From the NCBI GenBank assembly GCA_965225945.1, contig CBDDBZ010000026.1, positions 92,771-156,770 on the forward strand: 64,000 bases of DNA, in the 5' to 3' direction. This document shows, piece by piece, positions 52,237-62,434 of this stretch (the stretch's first letter is position 1; the number at the start of each line of letters is the position of its first letter). Source of the DNA: Alphaproteobacteria bacterium (GTDB taxonomy: Bacteria > Pseudomonadota > Alphaproteobacteria > GCA-2731375). The position numbers and the translations under genes were made by a program. The notes under the pieces were generated by a model. The model was given only the letters and a program-made list of their open reading frames with translations, did no database searches and was not told the DNA's origin.

Positions 52237-53675
52237 CAGGGCGATCCGGTTTGGCGCGACTCGGCCCGGTAGGCGAGCGAGGAGGAGGAATCATAGTCCG
52301 CCATCAGGTCCAATTCGCTCGGCTCGCCGCGCTCCGCCTTCACCATCGCCCGTTCCAGCCGGCCGATCACATCGTCGAGCTCGTCCTCGGTGATGGTCAG
52401 CGGCGGGACCAATCGGATGTTGTTGCGCGAGGTCAGGACGATCACCCCCTCGGCCACGGCGTTGAAACGAATTCGTTCCGCCATCACGAAGTCGGCCTTC
52501 TTGGATTTCCGGTCCGCGACGATATCGAGCATCTGATAGAGCCCCTTGCCGCGCACGTCGCCGATAAATTCGAAGCGCTGCTCGAGGCGGTCGAGACGCT
52601 CCTCGAGCAACAGGCCGAGCCGGGCGGCGCGGCCCGTGAGGTCGTCGCGCAGCACGATCTGGAGCTGCTTCAAGGCGATCGCCGCCGGCAGCGGATCGCT
52701 CGAATAGGTGCCGGCCCACGGCACGCCCGCCTTGCCGCGGGCGCGCTCCGCGATCTCCGGCGTCGTGGTCGCCCCGGTGACCGCCATGCCGGCGCTCATC
52801 CCCTTGCCGAAGGTGACGATGTCGGGAACCACGTCGTAATGCTCGAAGGCCCACATCTTGCCGGTGCGGCCCGGCGCCAGTTGCGCCTCGTCCAGGATCA
52901 GGAAGGCACCCCATTCCTCCGCCAGGGCCTTCAGCTTCGGCAGGTATTCGGGCGGCGGCACGTTCATGCCGCCGGGCACCTGGATGGTCTCGGCGATGAT
53001 CGCCGCGACCTCCTTGTTCGATAAATATTCGAGCTGCTCGGCGCTGGCGTCGATGCAGGCGACCTCGCACTCGGGATATTCGAGGTTGATCGGGCAGCGA
53101 TAGCAGCTTGGGCCATGGATCGCGTTGCGCGCCGCCGGGATCATCAGCGGCGCCAGGTTGGCCCGCCGGGCGCCGCCGACCGTGGTCAGCGCCTCGACCG
53201 CGAGCGTGCCGCCGTGCAGACCCTTCATCAAGCTCACCAGCTCGAACTTACCGGTGACGCCGATCGCCATCCGCATGGCGATCTCGTTGGCCTCCGAACC
53301 GGTGACGGCGAAGTTGGTGACCGAAAGTTCGCCCGGCAGCGTCTCGGCCACCAGCTCGGCGTATTCCGTGCTCCAGGGGTTGGTGTACCAGGAGGCTTGG
53401 TGCGCCAGCAGCTCGGCTTGGCTACGCAGGCAATCCACCAATTCGGGGTGGGCGTGGCCCAGCACCATGCTCATCATGCCGGAGCTCATGTCGTAATATG
53501 CGTTGCCGTCGACGTCGATCAGCCGGACGCCCGCGCCGCGATCGAAGACGATTCTCGGCTGGTGACGCCAGCCCAGGACATGCGCCGCGTCACGCTCGAC
53601 GAGATCCAGATGATGGTCGGAATAGCCGAACCGTTGCTCCAGTGCCGACACCGCGGACGCCTCCCCTGCTGCCAT
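52236..53675 (-). CDS. Class III aminotransferase
   Basis: TGSEANE, LILDEAQ..GRTG, PDIVTFGKG. Confidence 0.92.
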   Translation of the reverse strand: MAAGEASAVSALEQRFGYSDHHLDLVERDAAHVLGWRHQPRIVFDRGAGVRLIDVDGNAYYDMSSGMMSMVLGHAHPELVDCLRSQAELLAHQASWYTNPWSTEYAELVAETLPGELSVTNFAVTGSEANEIAMRMAIGVTGKFELVSLMKGLHGGTLAVEALTTVGGARRANLAPLMIPAARNAIHGPSCYRCPINLEYPECEVACIDASAEQLEYLSNKEVAAIIAETIQVPGGMNVPPPEYLPKLKALAEEWGAFLILDEAQLAPGRTGKMWAFEHYDVVPDIVTFGKGMSAGMAVTGATTTPEIAERARGKAGVPWAGTYSSDPLPAAIALKQLQIVLRDDLTGRAARLGLLLEERLDRLEQRFEFIGDVRGKGLYQMLDIVADRKSKKADFVMAERIRFNAVAEGVIVLTSRNNIRLVPPLTITEDELDDVIGRLERAMVKAERGEPSELDLMADYDSSSSLAYRAESRQTGSP

Positions 53676-53751
53676 GTCGGGATTATGGCGAATATCGTGG
53701 CCCGGACCAAATGCCCGCGCCGTCGATCGATTTTGCCTGCTGCCGATGGCT

Positions 53752-53825
53752 TGGAGCGGGCGAGGGGGATCGAACCCCCGTCGTAAGCTTGGGAAGCTTC
53801 TGCTCTGCCATTGAGCTACGCTCGC
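53752..53825 (-). tRNA. tRNA-Gly(CCC)
   Basis: 74-nt GCGAGCG..TTCCCAA..GGTTCGATCC..CGCCCGCTCCA. Confidence 0.95.
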
Positions 53826-53867
53826 GCCGGACCTTTGATAGCACATCCGGCGGGCCGGCGAAACGCG

Positions 53868-54021
53868 CGCGGTGGCGGATCCAGCCGAACCGCTCGACCG
53901 TGGCGGCGAGCGCGTCGACGAAGATTTGCCGAACGGCGTCGACGATGTCGGCGCGCGCGTTGCCGTGGCTGGTCACATGATAGAACGCGCCCGAAAACTC
54001 GATGCGGAGCGGTCTCGACAT
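53868..54021 (-). pseudogene. RAYT/Y1 (HUH) transposase N-terminal remnant
   Basis: MSRPLRIEFSGAFYHVTSHGNAR..VERFGW. Confidence 0.75.
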
Positions 54022-54234
54022 GACGCGATTATCGGGAGGTCGAGGGCAAGATACAAGACTTGACCCCTTGATGACCCCTTGATGTGGGTGACTGGTGCGT
54101 GCCTTATCGGCCGACATCAAACTCGAGGAAAACCAAAACGCGACGCCGCACCGTGGGGGACGAACGGAAACACAGTGATCCACCGGCATGCCGCCGGAGG
54201 ACGGGAAAGATGTTTACTCTTGCAAACGAAAACC

Positions 54235-55873
54235 GTAACTGCCCAGGTAGCTGATTTCGATGAGGCTGCGGATTGGGTCTCTGGGGGCAGATTTTGTGGG
54301 TTTGGGGCGCTGACGGCCTAGATTTCGTTTGACATAGGGTGGTTGGTCGATTCTAAGGATTCCACCACGCTAAAGTGTCGCCTAAAAGGCGCTACAATGC
54401 CGTCCGATGGATAGGGATGTTCTTGCCTTTTTGTCGAAAGACGAGCTGATCGATGTGGTGCTGGCCCAAGGGTCGCGGCTCGCCGAGTTCGAACTCCGGC
54501 TTGGTGAACTCGAGCGCCGGCTTGGCCTGAACAGCACGAACAGCGGCAAGCCACCGTCGAGCGATGGATTGAACAAGCCACCGGCGGGTAAAAAGAAGCG
54601 CACCAGGAGCCTCCGTAAGAAATCGGCCCGCAAGCCGGGCGGGCAAAAGGGCCACAAGGGCGAGACCCTGCGCCAAGTCGCCGATCCCGACGCCACCGTC
54701 GACCATTATCCCGAGACGTGCCAGTGGTGTGGTTCGGGATTGACGCCGGATATGGCTACCGGCCATGGGGCCCGCCAGGTTTTCGATCTACCCGAGCCCC
54801 GGCCCCTGGTGGTCACGGAGCATCGGGCGCATCGCTGCCGTTGCGGGCATTGCGGCACGTACACTCGGGCTTCTTTTCCCGTCGCCATCACCGGCCCGGT
54901 TCAATACGGCGCTCGGATCGGAGCCATGGTGGTCTACCTGTCGCACTACCAACTCCTGCCCGAGGACCGCCTGGCTGAATTGATGAAGGATCTGTTCGGG
55001 GCGGAACTGTCTCCGGCGAGCCTCGCGCGGAGGGGCGGGAACAGCGCCGAGTCCGTCCAAGGCGTCGTCGATGTGATCCGCGAACTGGTGAAATCGGCGC
55101 CGGTCAAGCACATGGACGAGACCGGCTTGCGGATCGCCGGGCGGACCCAATGGTTGCACGTCGCCTCGACCGCGCGGTTGACCTTCTATCGGGTCTCGGA
55201 GCGACGCGGCAGCCTGCTCGGCGGAGTCGGCGGCATCGTCGTCCATGACCACTGGAAGCCGTACTTTACGATGGAGGGCGTACGGCACGCGCTGTGCAAC
55301 GCCCATCACCTGCGCGAGTTGCAAGCCCTGATCGAGATCGAGAAGGAGGGCTGGGCACGCAAGATGCAGAGACTATTGCGCCGCGCCTGCCACGCGGTAA
55401 ATCTCGCCCGGGAGCGGGGCGTGGCGCTGAAACCAGGCCTCGTCGAGCGCTTCCGAGGGTGTTACGACGCGATCACGGCCGAGGGCATCGCCTTTCACGA
55501 GGCACAACCTCCTCTTGCGCCCAGATCGAGCAAGGCCAAGCGCCGGGGAAGCAAGCCGCGCCGCACCGGGCACAACCTTCTCCGGCGCCTTCAGACACAC
55601 AAGGAAGACGCGCTGCGCTTCCTCATCAATTTCGCCGTGCCGTTCACCAACAATCAGGCCGAGCAGGACGGGCGCATGATGAAGGTCAAGCAGAAAATCT
55701 CCGGCGGCTTCCGCAGCCAGAAAGGCGCCGAAGACTTTGCCACCGTCCGTGGCTTCATCTCGACCGCCAGAAAACAGGGCTGGAACATCATCCAGGCGCT
55801 CATGGAAAATCCCGAAACCCTGATCGAGCGTCTCCACGCCGCCTAAAAGGCCACCATGTACCTGGGCAGTTAC
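54235..55873 (+). mobile_element. IS66-family element (single ORF)
   Basis: TIR GTAACTGCCCAGGTA at both ends; TSD CGAAAACC (right copy displaced by IS1595). Confidence 0.93.
54407..55846 (+). CDS. IS66 transposase
   Basis: NSTNSGKPPSSDG, HMDETG, CNAHHLREL, FTNNQAE..KISGGFRS. Confidence 0.95.
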   Translation: MDRDVLAFLSKDELIDVVLAQGSRLAEFELRLGELERRLGLNSTNSGKPPSSDGLNKPPAGKKKRTRSLRKKSARKPGGQKGHKGETLRQVADPDATVDHYPETCQWCGSGLTPDMATGHGARQVFDLPEPRPLVVTEHRAHRCRCGHCGTYTRASFPVAITGPVQYGARIGAMVVYLSHYQLLPEDRLAELMKDLFGAELSPASLARRGGNSAESVQGVVDVIRELVKSAPVKHMDETGLRIAGRTQWLHVASTARLTFYRVSERRGSLLGGVGGIVVHDHWKPYFTMEGVRHALCNAHHLRELQALIEIEKEGWARKMQRLLRRACHAVNLARERGVALKPGLVERFRGCYDAITAEGIAFHEAQPPLAPRSSKAKRRGSKPRRTGHNLLRRLQTHKEDALRFLINFAVPFTNNQAEQDGRMMKVKQKISGGFRSQKGAEDFATVRGFISTARKQGWNIIQALMENPETLIERLHAA

Positions 55874-55878
55874 CGAAA

Positions 55879-56903
55879 GGCTCAATTCGTGAATTGTATG
55901 CGTCACCTTGTTACGGCGGCGGCGAGGCAGGCTCGGTCATTGGCGCCGGGGGCGAGGCCGACGAGGTGGAACCAGCTCAGGTAGTTGTCCAGATAGCGGG
56001 TGGCGATGCCGCGGCGGGGACGCAGGAAGTCCTTCAACCGGCTGTGGCGGCTGTTCACCGTCTGCACATGCAGATCGCCCCGAACCCGTTCCCCCATCGA
56101 GCGGTTGAGTGCTTCGTGGCTCACCCCGAGCGCGGCGGCGCACGGTGGGTAGCTCGCGCCGCCGTCGGAGACCAGCAGGGCGTCCTTCGCGACCACCGGG
56201 TCGAGGGCAGCCGTGAGCGCCGCCGCATCGACCCTGGGCAGCACCGCGCTGACCGTCGTTCCGCTCCGGTCCGCCGCCATGAGAACCGGTACCTGCTCGC
56301 GCGAGAGGCCGCGCTTCTTCGCCTTGCCGCCCCGCCGCCGTGCCTTGCGCCCCAGCCCGCGCGCGCCCTTCCGGCTCTCCAGGACGTAGGTCTCGTCCGC
56401 TTCCACGATCCCCTTGAGCACCTCCGAATCGCTCCGCGCCGCCGCCAGAAACCGGTGACGCCAGCGGAACGCCGTGCTCACCGCCACGTCGCAGCGCGCC
56501 GCCGAGGCCTTCACCGTCTCCCCCTTCGCCAGCGACGCCCCGAACGACAGCCAGCGTTCCTTGTGGTGCAAGCCCGACAGCGGCGTACCGCTCAGCGCGT
56601 TGAAGGTCCTGCCGCAGCCCTTGCACTGGTAGCGCCGCAGACCCCGCGCCATACCGCGCGAAACCGCCCCTTCGCTCGCGCAGTGCGGACAGCGCCGGGC
56701 CTCGTCCACACCAAGCTCGATCGCGGCCTTCGATGCCTCGCCCTCGCTCCGGCCCGACAGCACCGCGAGCGCCTCGCGCCGCTGCGCGCGCGTCAGCCCG
56801 CGCGCCGCCGAAAGCCACACCTGGAAACCCTTGCCGTCCATAACCCAACCTCCTGACGTTCCAGGCACTCTATCACTAATGCATACAATTCACGAATTGA
56901 GCC
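55879..56903 (-). mobile_element. IS1595-family element
   Basis: 23-bp perfect TIR GGCTCAATTCGTGAATTGTATGC; TSD TACCGAAA at 55871 and 56904. Confidence 0.95.
55903..56841 (-). CDS. IS1595 transposase
   Basis: CPHC..CKGC zinc ribbon, VEADETY, LVSDG, GIATRYLDNYLSW. Confidence 0.93.
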   Translation of the reverse strand: MDGKGFQVWLSAARGLTRAQRREALAVLSGRSEGEASKAAIELGVDEARRCPHCASEGAVSRGMARGLRRYQCKGCGRTFNALSGTPLSGLHHKERWLSFGASLAKGETVKASAARCDVAVSTAFRWRHRFLAAARSDSEVLKGIVEADETYVLESRKGARGLGRKARRRGGKAKKRGLSREQVPVLMAADRSGTTVSAVLPRVDAAALTAALDPVVAKDALLVSDGGASYPPCAAALGVSHEALNRSMGERVRGDLHVQTVNSRHSRLKDFLRPRRGIATRYLDNYLSWFHLVGLAPGANDRACLAAAVTR

Positions 56904-57239
56904 TACCGAAAACCTAATGGGTGACCCCTTTAAACCCCACGGGGCGCCAGGGACCCTCCCTCGAGCGGCGGCCCGCCGAGCGGGGGAACGGTCTTGATCC
57001 TGATGGGTGAGGGGTGCGCGCGTTACACGCCGACACCAAACCGAACGAAAACCGCGACTGCGACGCCGGGCCGAGGGACGGAAATACATGGTAACTACCC
57101 AGGTACCCCGCTCCTGACCGCGAGAGGATGATGTAGGTGGTCGCCGGGGCCGGGTTTCCGCCGCCGCGTCGTTGATCGTCTCTTGACTCCATAGAATCGG
57201 GCGTCTATGGGTTGCGCTCTCGTGTGACGGGAGCGGCGC

Positions 57240-57905
57240 GTGGAATATTTTGGGTCGAAGGCGACGAGCGGTCTGTGCCAGGCGCTGATTGCGCTGATGC
57301 CGCCGCACAGCGTTTACATCGAGAGCCACCTGGGGGGCGGTGCGCTGATGAAGCGCAAGCCAACGGGCGTGCGCTCGATCGGCATCGACCGCGATGCGCA
57401 GGCGCTCGAGGCCTTTGCCTGTGACTACCCGGTCGAGTTGGTGCATGGCTGTGCCCATGCCTTTTTGGCCTCGTTCCCGTTTCTGGGCCCGGAGCTGGTC
57501 TACAGCGATCCCCCCTATCTGCACGCGACCCGCCGTTCGGCACGGCGCTATCGCTTCGACTACGAGGAGGTCGACCATGTCGCGCTCCTGGACCTGCTCA
57601 AGGATCTGCCCTGCCAGGTGATGGTCTCGGGCCATCCCTCGGCGCTCTATGACGAGATGCTGGCGGGCTGGCGCAGTCTGGCGCTGCAGGTGACGACCCA
57701 GGCCCAGGTGCGGACCGAGGTCGTGTGGTTCAACTTCGCGCCCGACCGGGTGCATTGGGCGAGCTACGCAGGCCGGAACTTCACCGACCGCCAGCGCATC
57801 AAGCGTAAGGCGGCCAACTGGGGCCGGCGTTACAAGGCCTTGCCGGCGGGCGAACGCCTCGCGGTGCTGGCCGCCATGATGGCCGTCGATGCCGAGGACC
57901 CGTGA
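57240..57905 (+). CDS. Short Dam/D12-class DNA adenine methyltransferase
   Basis: YFGSK, YIESHLGGGA, YSDPPY, TEVVWFNF. Confidence 0.85.
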   Translation: MEYFGSKATSGLCQALIALMPPHSVYIESHLGGGALMKRKPTGVRSIGIDRDAQALEAFACDYPVELVHGCAHAFLASFPFLGPELVYSDPPYLHATRRSARRYRFDYEEVDHVALLDLLKDLPCQVMVSGHPSALYDEMLAGWRSLALQVTTQAQVRTEVVWFNFAPDRVHWASYAGRNFTDRQRIKRKAANWGRRYKALPAGERLAVLAAMMAVDAEDP

Positions 57906-59440
57906 CGCTGTCGCGCTGGCACGAGGACCTCGCCGCCCATGACGAGGCCTTCGCGTGCCTGCAAGATCTTCTTGACCCCTCATCCTTCGCAATCACAGTC
58001 GTCAAGGCCTTCCGGGAATGGGGCCAGGGGCTGTTGCGCCTGGCCACGGCGCTCGTCCGGGAGAATGCCGCGCTCGAGCGGGAGAACGCGACCCTGCGGG
58101 ACCGCATCGCCGAGCTCGAGCGGAGCGCGGCGCTTGACAGCACCACCAGCAGCAAGCCGCCCGCCAGCGACGGCCTGCGCAAGAAGAGCGGAACCCAGAG
58201 GCGCACCCGAAGCCAGCGCGGCAAGTCCGGCAGGCCAAGCGGCGGCCAGCCGGGCCACAAGGGAACGACGCTGGCGCGGACCGAGAGCCCGGACCATGTT
58301 GTGGATCATGACCCCTCCGCCTGTTCGGGCTGCGGCGCACCGCTGTCGGACGCCGACCGTCACCGCGCGCCCGTCTGTCGACAGGTCTTCGATGTGCCCG
58401 AGCCACGCCCCCTGGAGGTCACCGAACACCGCGCCCATCGCTGCCTCTGCGGCGCCTGCGCCACCGTGACAGGAGCCGTCTTCCCGGACGGCGTGACCGC
58501 CCCGGTCCAGTACGGGCCACGCATCACCGCCTGGGTGAGCTACCTGCTGTACGCCCAGTTCGTTCCCGAGAAGCGCTTGGCCGAACTCATGAGCGACCTC
58601 TTCGCAGTGTCCATCTCCACAGCCACGATCACCGCCATGGGCCGGCGAATCGCCAGGCGCTTCGAGCCCTTCCTCGCCCATGTCGCAGACGTGATCCGCA
58701 CAGCGGTCCCGGTCAAGCACCTCGACGAAACCGGCCTGCGGATCGCCGCCCGTACCCGCTGGCTCCACGTGCTGTGCACCCCATTCCTGACCGTCCTGCG
58801 CATCGGCGCGGGACGCGGCGATGTCGAAAAGGACCTCGAAGGCATCCTCATCCATGACGATTACGCCGCCTACTTCACCCTCAAGGGCGTGCGCCACGGC
58901 GCCTGCAACGCCCATCACCTGCGCGAACTCCAGGCCCTGATCGACATCGAGAAGGAAGACTGGGCAAAGAGCATGCACCGCCTCCTTGAGCGCGCACACA
59001 GGGCTACCCGCTTCTCCCGTGAGAACGGCCGCGACGTGCCCGCCTCCCTGGTGGCCCGGATCTCGCGGGCCTGGGCCCGCATCCTCGACCACGCCATCGC
59101 CTTCCACGAGGCGCAGCCGCCGCTCCGGACCGGCAAGCGCGGACGAAAGAAACGCCGCATCGGTCATAACCTCGCGCTCCGCCTCCGCAAGCACAAGGAG
59201 GGATGCCTGCGATTCCTCACCGACCCGCGCACGCCGTTTACGAACAATGAGGCCGAACGTGACCTCCGAATGGCCAAGCTGCGCCAGAAGATCTCCGGTG
59301 GCTTCCGCTCCGAGAGGGGTGCCTACAACTTCGCCAGAATGCGTGCCGTCATCGCCACCGCCCGAAAGCAAGGCTGGAACGTCCTCCAGACCCTGGTGCA
59401 TCCCGATCCGATGCAACTAATCCCCCAACTGCGCCTCTGA
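57902..59440 (+). CDS. IS66 transposase
   Basis: SSKPPASDG, HLDETG, CNAHHLREL, FTNNEAERD; GTGA overlap with MTase. Confidence 0.93.
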   Translation: MTLSRWHEDLAAHDEAFACLQDLLDPSSFAITVVKAFREWGQGLLRLATALVRENAALERENATLRDRIAELERSAALDSTTSSKPPASDGLRKKSGTQRRTRSQRGKSGRPSGGQPGHKGTTLARTESPDHVVDHDPSACSGCGAPLSDADRHRAPVCRQVFDVPEPRPLEVTEHRAHRCLCGACATVTGAVFPDGVTAPVQYGPRITAWVSYLLYAQFVPEKRLAELMSDLFAVSISTATITAMGRRIARRFEPFLAHVADVIRTAVPVKHLDETGLRIAARTRWLHVLCTPFLTVLRIGAGRGDVEKDLEGILIHDDYAAYFTLKGVRHGACNAHHLRELQALIDIEKEDWAKSMHRLLERAHRATRFSRENGRDVPASLVARISRAWARILDHAIAFHEAQPPLRTGKRGRKKRRIGHNLALRLRKHKEGCLRFLTDPRTPFTNNEAERDLRMAKLRQKISGGFRSERGAYNFARMRAVIATARKQGWNVLQTLVHPDPMQLIPQLRL

Positions 59441-61094
59441 GAACACCGGCACCGCTACCAGCCCGGACCCCCACGATCCCTCACATACAAACGCTCGGGC
59501 CAATCAGACCTGGGTAGTTACAATAAATGAAGACAACCCGCCGGCAACCCGCCCGCGGGAAAAGAAGATCTTTGCTCTTGCAACAGGAGTCCTAATGGGT
59601 GACCCCGATTCCGCACTACAATACAGACCAAACCGCCCGTCACGGAGCTAGACATGAAAAAGGACCCATAATTAGAACTGCTGTCAAATCACTTCTCCAC
59701 TTGACATCGCAACTTCCATTCCCAAAGAGTAGGTGTCCCCCAAACTGGCCTAGGTCAACCCTACACCTTGGAATGATATTGTGCTACCATCGGCTTTCAT
59801 GAGGATTCTGTGGGAGCGACGAGAAAGTTTGATGAATAGTGAAACCGGCAAGTCACCTGCACGCCTACTAATTTTTGGCTGTACATCGTTCGCAGCGTAT
59901 GACTCTGTTTCGTGGGAACAACAAGAAGCCCCCAACATACCAGACTACGACGTGGCAATAGTTTCAGTACCTCACATTACAGAAGAGTTTCTAAGATCCA
60001 TTGATGATAGTTTCGCAAGGAAGTTAAGGATTTCCCTCTTTCGTTTCCTAGATTCTGACGGAAAGCTCATTGTCTTAACCTCCCAGAATTTTTCTGTGCC
60101 CATTGGATCCCAAGGACTTCACCAGATCTCGAATACCTTTTGGTCCCCTATTAAATACCGTATGGTTAATGAATCAGGAAAAGCATTTCCCCAAAGGCAG
60201 AAGATTACCAATCTTATCTCAACAATATGGTAAACTGGGATTATTATCTGACCCTCCCGGGAGATTGCCTTAGCTCTGAATTCATCGATGCGTACGGCCC
60301 AGCACATCAGGTGCGTTATAGAACCCCAATCGTACCATACATAATAAACGGATATGATAAGATGCTGGCTGAAAAATTTGAGATTGCGATGACATATAGA
60401 AGATCGAGACAGCAGGGCTACGACGGAACATCCTACTATTATCCCGATGAGCCGGACAAGATAACCGGCACTGTTGTTCTTCTTCCGCTTGTCGGAGCTT
60501 TTACCACCGAAGAGGCCTTGGCAGAAATACTTAAAGAGGAAGTCGGATTCACTCCCACATCGGTTGAACAAGACTGGGCGAAGACGCTCGACACCCCTGG
60601 CATGTCGCTTTTAAATTCCGAACTCGCTGAAGCGAAACTACAAATAACCGAGGAGGAAGCAAAAATTAAGGCGATTGACGCTAAAATCGCCGGACTCCAA
60701 TCTTACCGCCGTTTGCTTTATGGCACTGGAACCGAGCTAGAAACGATAGTAAAATACAGCTTAGAGAAGCTCGGCGCAACCGTATCGCCGTCCAAATATG
60801 GACAAGAAGAATATATTCTTGACTACGACGGGAATGAAGTATTGATGGAAGCAAAAGGAGTTACCAAGAGCATTACATTGACACATTTGAGGCAGCTAAA
60901 TGACTATCTCCTTAGATATCAAGAAGATACTGAGGCTGAATGCAAGGGGATATTATTTGGCAACTCATGGCGAAATCTTCCTCCATCACAGAGAGGCGGT
61001 AAGGATAGACCGGAGTTTCCTGATAATGTCATTAGGCGCGCGGAGCAAGTAGGAATATCTGTATCGCACCCGGTTCCTTGGACACAAGTTTGTC

Positions 61095-62006
61095 TCATGC
61101 GGCGGGCCTGAGTGACATCGCGGTGTGCCACGCCTGACGAGCTTGAGCGGGGCTCAGGTAGCCGTTCTTCTCCACGATCCACTGGGCATTGTACTGTTCG
61201 ACGAACCCGCGGACGGCGTTCCGCAGCTCCGCGATGTTGCGGTAGATGCGGCCATGGATGATCTGTTCCTTGAGCGTGCGATTGAACCTCTCGGCGACGC
61301 CGTTGGTCTGGGGCTGTTCGACGAAGGCGTAGGACGGCTGGATGCCCCAGAACTTGATCTGGTTGGTGAAGTGGTCCGACAGATACTGGGAGCCGTGATC
61401 CATCCGCAAGGCCAGCCCCCGCGCCGCACCGGCGGAGGTCGAGGCATACAGCCTCGCAAGCCCCATGGAGATCGGCTGAAGGGCGGCGAAGCGGTCGCCT
61501 CGCTTGCACACATGCCAGCCGACGCACTCGGCGTTCCAATGCTCGATGGCGGTGAATATCCAGCCCCAGCCGTCGTCCACCGTGAACACCCGAACGCCGT
61601 CCGTGCCCCACATGAGGTTGGGGGCATGGGTGATGATCTCACCAACATGGGGATTTCCGCCACGGCGGCGGCAGCGATGGGGCGAGAGCAGGTTGTTCTC
61701 GCGCATCACCCGGAGCACCCGCTTGCGGGAAACACGGATGCCACGACAGACCCGAAGCCGAGCCCAGACCTTGCGGTGTCCCTCGCCCTCCCAGGGGGAT
61801 GCCTCCAGGTCGGCCTCGATGGCCACCAGCAGAGCCTCGTCCGAGATCGAGGGCTTCGGTCCCCGGCGCTTTGCTGGTGGGCGCTCAGCGGTGGCCTGCT
61901 GCCGGGATTTCATGGCGTAGAACGAGGAACGGGCAAAACCCCAGGCCGCACAGACCCGCTGGAGGCCGTAGGCCAAACCCGTGCCGGGAGAGGTGGCGGC
62001 ACTCAT
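61095..62006 (-). CDS. Transposase OrfB (rve integrase core)
   Basis: WGTD, MDHGSQY, NGVAERFNRTLKE. Confidence 0.93.
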   Translation of the reverse strand: MSAATSPGTGLAYGLQRVCAAWGFARSSFYAMKSRQQATAERPPAKRRGPKPSISDEALLVAIEADLEASPWEGEGHRKVWARLRVCRGIRVSRKRVLRVMRENNLLSPHRCRRRGGNPHVGEIITHAPNLMWGTDGVRVFTVDDGWGWIFTAIEHWNAECVGWHVCKRGDRFAALQPISMGLARLYASTSAGAARGLALRMDHGSQYLSDHFTNQIKFWGIQPSYAFVEQPQTNGVAERFNRTLKEQIIHGRIYRNIAELRNAVRGFVEQYNAQWIVEKNGYLSPAQARQAWHTAMSLRPAA

Positions 62007-62434
62007 CGCCGCGACCTCCGCCGCCCCAAAGGGCCGGACGTCTCCGTCTTGGCCTCCAGCAGTTCCACCTGCATGATCAACTCCCCGATCCGCTTCATGG
62101 CGATGTCCAGTTCCGCCTTTACCGGATCGCCCTTGCGTTCCTTGAGCGAGGCATCGATCCCGGCGATCGCCTTCTCACGCCACTGCTCGAGCCGGAAAAT
62201 CTCCACGCCCAACTGCCGCGACAAAAGTTCCACCGGCTCGCCACGCAAAAGCCGCAGGGCAACCTCACGCTTGCGCGTCACCGTCCACCGCTGGCCAAGT
62301 CCCAGCGGGCCTGCCGGCGAAACCTGGCCCGGGGAAAACGTGGACGAGCCAAGCTCGCCCTCGTTTACCACAGGCCCATCAACAGCAACTTTGTTCTCAA
62401 AATTGTCGGTCATGTTCCGGTCCTCCTTGGACAC
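62003..62434 (-). CDS. Transposase OrfA (HTH)
   Basis: KREVALRLLRGE..LSRQLGV; ATGA overlap with OrfB; start uncertain. Confidence 0.85.
   Translation of the reverse strand: MSKEDRNMTDNFENKVAVDGPVVNEGELGSSTFSPGQVSPAGPLGLGQRWTVTRKREVALRLLRGEPVELLSRQLGVEIFRLEQWREKAIAGIDASLKERKGDPVKAELDIAMKRIGELIMQVELLEAKTETSGPLGRRRSRR

Larger units (their letters stand above)
57091..59521 (+). mobile_element. IS66-family element carrying a DNA methyltransferase passenger
   Basis: TIR GTAACTACCCAGGT at both ends; TSD AATACATG/AATAAATG (1 mismatch). Confidence 0.9.
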
